Shown here piece after piece: positions 9,555 to 18,514 of a stretch of 64,000 bases of DNA. Position numbers and translations under genes: made by a program. Numbering within the stretch: position 1 is the stretch's first letter; the number at the start of each line of letters is the position of its first letter. The notes under the pieces are model-generated. The model was not told the DNA's origin, ran no database searches, and saw nothing but the letters and a program-made list of their open reading frames with translations. This DNA comes from Escherichia coli. Its GTDB lineage: Bacteria > Pseudomonadota > Gammaproteobacteria > Enterobacterales > Enterobacteriaceae. The stretch is taken from NCBI RefSeq assembly GCF_024502345.1, contig NZ_JALDNN010000001.1. One strand, given 5' to 3'.

Positions 9555-10407
9555 GGGCTGTCATTTAGTTATTCCACATAAACCCGAAGAGATGCCGCTG
9601 GCACATCTGGGCAAAGTCCTTATTCCGTGGCCGAACCGGATCGCCAACGGCTGTTATCGCTATCAGGGGCAGGAATATCAGTTACCCATTAATGAACATG
9701 GTTCAAAAGCCGCTATTCATGGGCTGCTCGCCTGGCGTGACTGGCAAATCAGCGAATTAACCGCCACCAGCGTTACCCTGACAGCTTTTCTGCCACCCAG
9801 TTACGGCTATCCGTTTATGCTGGCTTCGCAGGTTGTTTATTCGCTCAATGCACGCACGGGTCTTTCCGTTGAGATCGCAAGTCAGAATATTGGTACTGTG
9901 ACCGCACCCTATGGTGTGGGTATTCATCCTTATTTAACCTGCAACTTAACATCTGTTGATGAATATCTGTTCCAGCTTCCGGCAAACCAGGTTTATGCCG
10001 TCGATGAGCACGCTAATCCGACAACGCTTCACCACGTTGATGAGCTGGATTTAAATTTCACGCAGGCGAAAAAAATAGCCGCGACAAAAATCGACCACAC
10101 CTTTAAAACCGCTAATGATCTGTGGGAAATAACCATTACCCATCCACAACAGGCGCTTTCGGTAAGCCTTTGTTCCGATCAACCCTGGGTGCAGATTTAT
10201 AGCGGCGAAAAATTACAGCGTCAGGGACTGGCAGTTGAACCTATGAGTTGCCCACCTAACGCCTTTAATTCAGGTCTCGACTTATTATTACTGGAACCAG
10301 GGAAAACGCACCGCCTGTTTTTTAATATTTACGGGCAGCACAATTAATTTTATTAAGAAAAGAACGAGATCATTGTTTAGGGTTGTATTTACACAACAGG
10401 AAATATC

Positions 10408-11283
10408 ATGGACTTTTTTACGTTATTTTCACCGGATGGGGTCATGCTGGAAACAAACGTGGTATGTATCGTTATCGCGTTAATGTTTCTTTATACCTTT
10501 GTGGGGATATGCGCGGGATTTGGCGGTGGTTTAACCACCATGCCGCTCGTCACGTTAATGCTCCCCGTAAAAATGGCAACTCCGCTCTCGGTGATTGTCG
10601 GCACCGCGACCGCCTTGTACGCCACCTGGCTGTCACGTAAAGAAACGGATTGGCGATCGGCAATGGTACTGATTATTTTCTCGTTTCTGGGAATACCCGT
10701 CGGTTTATATGCGCTGTCATATTTACCCGACCATTTTATGAAAGTGGGCTTAGGCGGATTCCTTATCCTGTACTCCTTTTACAGTATGTTTATTCCACGC
10801 CTGCCGATTTATGACCGCAACTGGATCGCCGCACCTATCGGCGCTGTGGCAGGAGCGTTAGGGGCAGCGTTTTCAACCAACGGACCGCCGATGGTTATCT
10901 ACGGTATGCTGCGTAACTTAGGCCCGGCGGCATTTCGTGGCACTCTGAACGCTTTCTTCACCGCAAACAACATCGCGGTGATCGGCGGGCTGGCGACCAG
11001 CGGAATTTTGACTGTTTCTATCTTTAAACTGGTGCTGTTTTGTATTCCCACCATGATCCTCGGTTCACTGGTTGGACAATATGTGCATAAACGCATTTCA
11101 GTCAAAGTGTTCCGTGTGATGGTCTTTTTGTTGCTGATTGCCTCCGGTTCTATGTTGATAAAAGGCGCGCTGGGAATTCCCGCTGCTGCCGCGCTTCTGC
11201 CTCCTTTTACCTTGTTAGTTATACTGCAACTGGCATTTGGTAAAAAAGTGGCGGCAATCCGCCGGGCTGAAGAAAGTAAATAA
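10408..11283 (+). CDS. TauE/SafE (TSUP, DUF81) family anion permease; putative sulfite or organosulfonate exporter
   Basis: 291-aa polytopic membrane protein with the family hallmark glycine motif (GICAGFGGGLTTMPL) and a second repeat (GAVAGALGAAFSTNGPP); AGGAAA SD 6 nt before the ATG; host-like GC and codon usage. Sits between yihR and yihQ. Confidence 0.8.
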   Translation: MDFFTLFSPDGVMLETNVVCIVIALMFLYTFVGICAGFGGGLTTMPLVTLMLPVKMATPLSVIVGTATALYATWLSRKETDWRSAMVLIIFSFLGIPVGLYALSYLPDHFMKVGLGGFLILYSFYSMFIPRLPIYDRNWIAAPIGAVAGALGAAFSTNGPPMVIYGMLRNLGPAAFRGTLNAFFTANNIAVIGGLATSGILTVSIFKLVLFCIPTMILGSLVGQYVHKRISVKVFRVMVFLLLIASGSMLIKGALGIPAAAALLPPFTLLVILQLAFGKKVAAIRRAEESK

Positions 11284-11391
11284 TCACTTATGCGGGTTTT
11301 AATTTATACCAGCACCACATTCTTTAATTAATGAAACCTGTAACAACAGGATGGCATGAAATATTAGCTTTATACTCTATGGAGATTATTT

Positions 11392-13424
11392 ATGGATACG
11401 CCACGCCCACAATTACCAGATTTTCAGTTTCATCAGAATAACGACAGTTTTACCCTACATTTTCAACAGCGTCTTATTTTAACCCATAGCAAAGATAATC
11501 CTTGTTTATGGATTGGTTCAGGTATTGCGGATATCGATATGTTCCGCGGCAATTTCAGCATTAAAGATAAACTACAGGAGAAAATTGCGCTTACCGACGC
11601 CATCGTCAGCCAGTCGCCGGATGGTTGGTTAATCCATTTCAGCCGTGGTTCTGACATTAGCGCCACGCTGAATATCTCTGCCGACGATCAGGGCCGTTTA
11701 TTGCTGGAACTACAAAACGACAACCTTAACCACAACCGTATCTGGCTGCGCCTTGCCGCTCAACCAGAGGACCATATCTACGGCTGCGGCGAACAGTTTT
11801 CCTACTTCGATCTGCGTGGCAAACCGTTCCCGCTATGGACCAGTGAACAAGGCGTTGGTCGCAATAAACAAACCTATGTCACCTGGCAGGCCGACTGCAA
11901 AGAAAATGCGGGCGGCGACTATTACTGGACTTTCTTCCCACAGCCTACGTTTGTCAGCACGCAGAAGTATTACTGCCATGTTGATAACAGTTGCTATATG
12001 AACTTCGACTTTAGTGCCCCGGAATACCATGAACTGGCGCTGTGGGAAGACAAAGCAACGCTGCGTTTTGAATGTGCTGACACATACATCTCCCTGCTGG
12101 AAAAATTAACCGCCCTGCTGGGACGCCAGCCAGAACTGCCCGACTGGATTTATGACGGAGTAACGCTCGGCATTCAGGGCGGGACGGAAGTGTGCCAGAA
12201 GAAACTGGACACCATGCGTAACGCGGGCGTGAAGGTCAACGGCATCTGGGCGCAGGACTGGTCCGGTATTCGTATGACCTCTTTTGGCAAACGCGTGATG
12301 TGGAACTGGAAGTGGAACAGCGAAAACTACCCGCAACTGGATTCGCGTATCAAGCAGTGGAACAAAGAGGGCGTGCAGTTCCTTGCCTATATCAACCCGT
12401 ATGTTGCCAGTGATAAAGATCTCTGCGAAGAGGCGGCAAAGCGCGGTTATCTGGCAAAAGATGTCGCCGGTGGCGACTATCTGGTGGAGTTTGGCGAGTT
12501 CTACGGCGGCGTTGTCGATCTCACCAATCCGGAAGCCTACGCCTGGTTCAAGGAAGTTATCAAAAAGAACATGATTGAACTCGGCTGCGGCGGCTGGATG
12601 GCTGACTTCGGCGAGTATCTGCCCACCGACACGTACCTGCATAACGGCATCAGCGCGGAAATTATGCATAACGCCTGGCCCGCGCTGTGGGCGAAATGTA
12701 ACTACGAAGCCTTGAAGAAACGGGCAAGCTCGGCGAGATCCTCTTCTTTATGCGCGCCGGTTCTACCGGTAGCCAGAAATACTCCACCATGATGTGGGCG
12801 GGTGACCAGAACGTGGACTGGAGTCTGGACGATGGCCTGGCGTCGGTTGTCCCGGCGGCGCTATCTCTGGCAATGACCGGACATGGCCTGCATCACAGCG
12901 ACATTGGCGGTTATACCACCCTGTTTGAGATGAAGCGCAGCAAAGAGCTGCTGCGCTGGTGCGATTTCAGCGCCTTCACGCCGATGATGCGCACCCACGA
13001 AGGTAACCGTCCTGGCGACAACTGGCAGTTTGACGGCGACGCGGAAACCATCGCCCATTTCGCCCGTATGACCACCGTCTTCACCACCCTGAAACCTTAC
13101 CTGAAAGAGGCCGTCGCGCTGAATGCGAAGTCCGGCCTGCCGGTTATGCGCCCGCTGTTCCTGCATTACGAAGACGACGCGCAGACCTATTCCCTGAAAT
13201 ATCAGTACCTGTTAGGTCGCGACATTCTGATTGCTCCGGTACACGAAGAAGGTCGCAGCGACTGGACGCTCTATCTGCCAGAGGATAACTGGGTCCACGC
13301 CTGGACCGGAGAAACCTTCCACGGTGGAGAAATAACTGTTGAAGCGCCCATCGGCAAGCCGCCGGTCTTTTATCGCGCCGACAGCGAATGGGCTGCACTG
13401 TTCGCCTCGTTAAAAAACATCTAA
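11392..13424 (+). pseudogene. yihQ: Sulfoquinovosidase (GH31) gene with a -1 frameshift
   Basis: Two overlapping ORFs (11392-12792 and 12750-13424) in different frames both match YihQ. Frame 1 reads ...CNYEAL through 12712-12714; frame 2 reads EETGKLGEILFFMRAGS from 12714. Continuity needs GCC TTG GAA GAA where the sequence has GCC TTG AAG AAA, i.e. one G missing at 12714/12715. Confidence 0.8.
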
Positions 13425-13469
13425 TCATGCCCGCCCGTGGGGAAACTCACGGGCAAATGGAGAATAACG

Positions 13470-14855
13470 ATGAGTCACATCACAACGGAAGATCCGGCAA
13501 CTTTGCGCCTGCCCTTTAAAGAGAAACTCTCTTACGGTATCGGCGATCTGGCCTCTAACATCCTGCTGGATATTGGTACGCTTTATCTTTTGAAGTTTTA
13601 TACCGACGTTCTGGGGCTACCTGGCACCTATGGCGGCATTATCTTTTTGATCTCGAAATTCTTTACCGCCTTTACCGATATGGGAACCGGCATCATGTTG
13701 GATTCCCGGCGTAAGATTGGCCCGAAAGGTAAGTTCCGCCCTTTCATTTTGTACGCGTCATTCCCGGTCACCTTATTGGCAATCGCTAACTTTATCGGCA
13801 CACCGTTCGATGTCACTGGTAAAACGGTGATGGCCACTATTCTATTTATGCTCTACGGGCTGTTTTTCAGCATGATGAACTGCTCCTACGGCGCAATGGT
13901 TCCCGCCATTACCAAAAACCCCAACGAACGCGCATCGCTGGCGGCATGGCGTCAGGGTGGTGCTACATTGGGCCTGCTGCTGTGTACGGTGGGATTCGTG
14001 CCGGTGATGAACCTTATCGAAGGTAATCCGCAACTGAGCTACGTTTTCGCCGCCACGCTATTTTCACTGTTCGGCCTGCTGTTTATGTGGATCTGCTACT
14101 CGGGCGTGAAAGAGCGTTATGTCGAAACCCAACCTGCTAATCAGGCGCAAAAGCCAGGCTTGCTGCAATCTTTCCGCGCAATTGCCGGTAACCGCCCACT
14201 GTTCATTCTGTGTATTGCCAACCTCTGCACCTTAGGGGCGTTTAACGTCAAGCTCGCCATTCAGGTCTATTACACCCAGTACGTGCTTAACGATCCCATC
14301 CTGTTGTCGTATATGGGATTTTTTAGCATGGGCTGTATTTTCATCGGCGTGTTCCTGATGCCTGGCGCAGTTAGACGTTTTGGTAAGAAGAAGGTCTATA
14401 TCGGCGGCCTGCTGATTTGGGTGCTTGGCGATCTGCTCAACTATTTCTTCGGCGGCGGCTCGGTCAGTTTTGTGGCGTTCTCCTGCCTGGCATTCTTTGG
14501 CTCGGCGTTTGTTAACAGCCTGAACTGGGCGCTGGTTTCCGACACCGTCGAGTACGGCGAGTGGCGCACCGGTGTCCGTTCTGAAGGGACGGTCTACACC
14601 GGCTTCACCTTCTTTCGCAAAGTGTCTCAGGCGCTGGCTGGTTTCTTCCCCGGCTGGATGCTGACGCAAATCGGCTATGTGCCGAACGTGGCGCAGGCTG
14701 ACCACACCATTGAAGGGTTGCGCCAGCTGATCTTCATCTACCCAAGCGCACTGGCGGTAGTCACCATTGTGGCGATGGGTTGCTTCTACAGTCTGAACGA
14801 GAAGATGTACGTCCGCATTGTTGAAGAAATAGAAGCCCGTAAACGCACGGCGTAA
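13470..14855 (+). CDS. yihP: GPH-family (glycoside-pentoside-hexuronide:cation symporter) transporter
   Basis: Start set at ATG 13470 (MSHITTEDPATLRL...) preceded by GGAG; 461 aa; paralogous to the adjacent yihO. Confidence 0.9.
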   Translation: MSHITTEDPATLRLPFKEKLSYGIGDLASNILLDIGTLYLLKFYTDVLGLPGTYGGIIFLISKFFTAFTDMGTGIMLDSRRKIGPKGKFRPFILYASFPVTLLAIANFIGTPFDVTGKTVMATILFMLYGLFFSMMNCSYGAMVPAITKNPNERASLAAWRQGGATLGLLLCTVGFVPVMNLIEGNPQLSYVFAATLFSLFGLLFMWICYSGVKERYVETQPANQAQKPGLLQSFRAIAGNRPLFILCIANLCTLGAFNVKLAIQVYYTQYVLNDPILLSYMGFFSMGCIFIGVFLMPGAVRRFGKKKVYIGGLLIWVLGDLLNYFFGGGSVSFVAFSCLAFFGSAFVNSLNWALVSDTVEYGEWRTGVRSEGTVYTGFTFFRKVSQALAGFFPGWMLTQIGYVPNVAQADHTIEGLRQLIFIYPSALAVVTIVAMGCFYSLNEKMYVRIVEEIEARKRTA

Positions 14856-14894
14856 TAATAAACGACGCCCTGCGGGGCGTTATAAGGAGTGATT

Positions 14895-16298
14895 ATGTCT
14901 GACCATAATCCACTGACATTAAAACTGAATCTGCGGGAAAAAATCGCCTATGGTATGGGCGACGTTGGTTCGAATTTAATGCTTAGCATCGGTACTCTGT
15001 ATCTCCTCAAATTTTATACCGATGAATTAGGGATGCCAGCTTACTATGGCGGGATTATCTTTCTGGTGGCGAAGTTTTTTACCGCGTTTACCGATATGCT
15101 CACCGGATTTTTACTCGACTCGCGGAAAAATATTGGGCCTAAAGGCAAATTTCGTCCCTTTATTTTATATGCAGCGGTTCCGGCGGCGTTAATTGCAACG
15201 CTCCAGTTTATCGCCACCACTTTTAGTTTGCCGGTTAAAACGACGATTGCCACGGCGCTGTTTATGATGTTTGGGCTTTCATACAGTCTGATGAACTGCT
15301 CGTATGGCGCGATGATCCCGGCAATTACCAAAAACCCGAATGAGCGCGCGCAGCTCGCTGCTTACCGCCAGGGTGGTGCAACCATAGGGCTATTGATTTG
15401 TACCGTGGCGTTTATTCCGTTGCAGTCGCTTTTTTCTGACTCAACCGTCGGTTATGCCTGTGCGGCACTTATGTTCTCCATTGGCGGCTTTATTTTTATG
15501 ATGCTGTGCTACAGAGGCGTCAAAGAGCATTATGTGGACACAGCGCCAACCGGACATAAAGCCAGTATTCTCAAATCATTTTGCGCGATATTTCGGAATC
15601 CGCCATTGCTGGTTTTATGCATTGCTAACTTGTGTACCCTGGCGGCATTTAATATCAAACTGGCGATTCAGGTCTATTACACCCAGTATGTGCTGCATGA
15701 TATTAATTTATTGTCGTGGATGGGATTCTTCAGTATGGGATGCATCCTCATCGGCGTATTACTGGTGCCATTAACTGTAAAATGTTTTGGTAAAAAACAG
15801 GTTTATTTAGCTGGCATGGTGCTATGGGCGGTTGGTGATATCCTGAATTATTTCTGGGGAAGTAACTCTTTCACTTTCGTCATGTTCTCTTGTGTCGCCT
15901 TTTTTGGCACGGCCTTTGTAAACAGCCTGAACTGGGCGCTGGTACCAGATACCGTAGATTACGGTGAATGGAAAACCGGTATTCGTGCCGAAGGTTCTGT
16001 TTATACCGGTTATACCTTCTTTCGTAAAATTTCTGCCGCACTTGCTGGCTTCTTGCCAGGCATTATGCTGACGCAAATCGGTTATGTTCCCAACATCGCG
16101 CAAAGTGATGCGACATTACAGGGTTTGCGTCAGCTCATTTTTATCTGGCCTTGTGCACTGGCAATTATTGCTGCATTGACGATGGGATTCTTTTACACAC
16201 TCAATGAAAAACGGTTTGCGTTGATTATTGAGGAAATCAACCAACGCAAAAATAAAGAAATTGAGACAGAAGAAAAAACGGCTTCCGTAACGTTATAA
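14895..16298 (+). CDS. yihO: GPH-family transporter (sulfoquinovose / SQ-glycerol importer)
   Basis: Start set at ATG 14895 (MSDHNPLTLKL...) with AAGGAG 5 nt upstream; 467 aa. Confidence 0.9.
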   Translation: MSDHNPLTLKLNLREKIAYGMGDVGSNLMLSIGTLYLLKFYTDELGMPAYYGGIIFLVAKFFTAFTDMLTGFLLDSRKNIGPKGKFRPFILYAAVPAALIATLQFIATTFSLPVKTTIATALFMMFGLSYSLMNCSYGAMIPAITKNPNERAQLAAYRQGGATIGLLICTVAFIPLQSLFSDSTVGYACAALMFSIGGFIFMMLCYRGVKEHYVDTAPTGHKASILKSFCAIFRNPPLLVLCIANLCTLAAFNIKLAIQVYYTQYVLHDINLLSWMGFFSMGCILIGVLLVPLTVKCFGKKQVYLAGMVLWAVGDILNYFWGSNSFTFVMFSCVAFFGTAFVNSLNWALVPDTVDYGEWKTGIRAEGSVYTGYTFFRKISAALAGFLPGIMLTQIGYVPNIAQSDATLQGLRQLIFIWPCALAIIAALTMGFFYTLNEKRFALIIEEINQRKNKEIETEEKTASVTL

Positions 16299-16364
16299 AT
16301 GTCAATAGCCGCTATTTCCATCCTGGTGGGTGGCGGCCTCCCTACGTTTAAAAATGGACTTATT

Positions 16365-17057
16365 ATGAAAAATATTAATGCAATAATTTTATTATCTTCT
16401 CTGACCTCTGCCTCAGTATTCGCTGGCGCATACGTCGAAAACAGGGAGGCATATAATCTCGCCTCCGATCAGGGCGAGGTTATGCTACGTGTGGGTTATA
16501 ACTTCGATATGGGCGCGGGTATTATGTTAACCAATACCTACACCTTTCAGCGAGAAGATGAACTAAAACATGGATATAACGAAATCGAAGGTTGGTATCC
16601 GTTATTTAAACCAACCGATAAATTAACCATCCAGCCCGGTGGCTTAATTAATGATAAGAGTATCGGTTCGGGTGGTGCAGTGTATCTGGACGTCAACTAT
16701 AAATTTGTACCATGGTTTAATCTGACAGTACGAAATCGCTATAACCATAATAACTATAGTTCAACAGATTTGAGCGGGGAACTGGATAATAATGACACCT
16801 ATGAAATTGGTACCTACTGGAATTTTAAAATCACCGATAAGTTCTCCTATACATTTGAGCCACATTATTTTATACGCGTAAATGACTTTAATAGCAGCAA
16901 TGGAAAAGATCATCACTGGGAAATCACTAACACCTTCCGTTATCGCATTAATGAACACTGGCTGCCTTATTTCGAATTACGCTGGTTAGATCGTAATGTC
17001 GAACCGTACCACCGCGAGCAAAACCAGATTCGTATCGGGACGAAGTATTTCTTCTGA
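16365..17057 (+). CDS. ompL: Outer-membrane porin OmpL
   Basis: Start set at ATG 16365 (MKNINAIILLSSLTSASVFA, signal peptide); 230 aa; ends in an aromatic C-terminal residue (F) typical of beta-barrel proteins. Confidence 0.85.
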   Translation: MKNINAIILLSSLTSASVFAGAYVENREAYNLASDQGEVMLRVGYNFDMGAGIMLTNTYTFQREDELKHGYNEIEGWYPLFKPTDKLTIQPGGLINDKSIGSGGAVYLDVNYKFVPWFNLTVRNRYNHNNYSSTDLSGELDNNDTYEIGTYWNFKITDKFSYTFEPHYFIRVNDFNSSNGKDHHWEITNTFRYRINEHWLPYFELRWLDRNVEPYHREQNQIRIGTKYFF

Positions 17058-17066
17058 TGTGAAACT

Positions 17067-17142
<76 letters not shown>

Positions 17143-17147
17143 ATTAA

Positions 17148-18413
17148 TTAAGCTTCAGCCGCCAGCATCTCTTTCTTACGTTGGCTAATACGCTTAACCA
17201 GCATTACGGAAACCACCGCACCACAGAATGCGAAGCAGGCCATAATGCCAAACACGATTTTGTAGCCAATAATCCCCGGATTTAAATCCAGAATGTAGCC
17301 ATACAGACTGAAGCAGAACATCGCCGGGGCGTAACCAATAAAGCTACCCAACGCCATCGCCGCGCCTGTTTTATTTTCAGCAATTTTTGCTTCGCCGATA
17401 GGTGCAAAAAATACGGCTCGCTGTGTAAAGACTATCGCGCCAAAGCCCAGCGTACATGCCATCCCTAAATAGACCGGCATACTTTCGTGCGGCAGCATAA
17501 TCAACAGTACGAGCGCAGCGGTACTGATGATAAAGGTGTAGCATAGATATTTACTCGGCGATTTCAGGATCTTATCTGAAATCATGCCACCAATCGGTCC
17601 ACCAATCATTTTCAGACAGTATTGGTTAATGATGCCGTAAGCCCCCACCAGCGCAACGGGCAATAGATAGATGTTTTTCAGGAATGGAATGAAGAATGTC
17701 AGGCCACAGTAAACCGCGTAAACGAAGAAGACGTTGAAAGCGATAAGCCAGATAGTTTTGTCTTTCAGCACCGAGGTCATACTGGTGTTTTGCGATGCCC
17801 CGTCTTCTTTTTTCACCTCAACGGACGGTGCCTCTTCTTTGTCATTCAGGACAAAGAAAATAATAATGCCTACGGCAATCACAATAAGGGAATAGAACCA
17901 GATGCCTGCTTTAAAACCTAATAAGCCACTGCCAAACCAGGTAAATACTGCCAACGCAGAAAATGCCACCACGGTATCGACAATGCCACGCCCTGTTTCG
18001 AAGAAGCCAAACAACCGACCTTGTTGTTCGCTATTGCCCAATCGACTTACCGACTTGAGCAAGACCGGCCAGTTCATCATGTCGCAAGTAACGCCAAATA
18101 GCGCCCAGACAAAGAGGATGCCCCAATACCCCGGCATTGTCGTCAAATAAACACCCAGTAATCCTGTCGCAATGAGTGAGAATGACATGGTGTATCTGCG
18201 CGGTAGTTTATCGGCAAAATAAATAGACAGAAAAAAGCCCACTGTGGTGACAAATGAGTTTACCGACATAGCATTACCAATTTGACCATTGGTCAAATGG
18301 AAATATTCCTGCATCGGGATATAAAACGCATCTTTCAGCGACGGTAATTTATAAATTGTACCGCCACACAGTGTTAATAGACTAAATAACGCCCATTTCT
18401 TTTTCGTGAGCAT
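17148..18413 (-). CDS. yihN: MFS transporter
   Basis: 421-aa ORF with about 12 predicted TM segments; matches YihN. Confidence 0.9.
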   Translation of the reverse strand: MLTKKKWALFSLLTLCGGTIYKLPSLKDAFYIPMQEYFHLTNGQIGNAMSVNSFVTTVGFFLSIYFADKLPRRYTMSFSLIATGLLGVYLTTMPGYWGILFVWALFGVTCDMMNWPVLLKSVSRLGNSEQQGRLFGFFETGRGIVDTVVAFSALAVFTWFGSGLLGFKAGIWFYSLIVIAVGIIIFFVLNDKEEAPSVEVKKEDGASQNTSMTSVLKDKTIWLIAFNVFFVYAVYCGLTFFIPFLKNIYLLPVALVGAYGIINQYCLKMIGGPIGGMISDKILKSPSKYLCYTFIISTAALVLLIMLPHESMPVYLGMACTLGFGAIVFTQRAVFFAPIGEAKIAENKTGAAMALGSFIGYAPAMFCFSLYGYILDLNPGIIGYKIVFGIMACFAFCGAVVSVMLVKRISQRKKEMLAAEA

Positions 18414-18514
18414 AACATCCCCTAAGCGATTTTTAAAATCACTGTTTTAAAGGCAATAAGATACCGACCATTCATATAGAATGGTTTTATTAACTGCGTA
18501 TGAGTTAAAACTTA

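Larger units (their letters stand above)
8222..10347 (+). pseudogene. yihR: Aldose-1-epimerase-family sulfoquinovose mutarotase gene interrupted by IS30
   Basis: N-terminal fragment 8222-8333 (MQITNMHCSGQTVSLAAGDYHATIVTVGAGLAELTFQ) runs into IS30 and stops at TAG 8336-8338; the remainder (GCHLVIPHKPEEMPLAHLG...IYGQHN*) resumes in the same frame after the element at 9555 and ends at 10347. Removing IS30 and one copy of the GG duplication restores a continuous ~300-aa frame. Confidence 0.85.

Noticed and set aside
10383-10640. 85-aa ORF overlapping the start of the TauE-like gene in another frame
   Set aside because: Out-of-frame overlap with a well-supported membrane-protein ORF that has a proper SD; the translation is Arg/His-rich and low-complexity.
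8334-11283. Possibility that the TauE-like gene is cargo of a composite transposon or genomic island
   Set aside because: Only one IS30 copy is present, no second IS or integrase flanks the gene, and its composition is host-like; it is treated as a chromosomal gene, with lineage-specific presence left to be tested.
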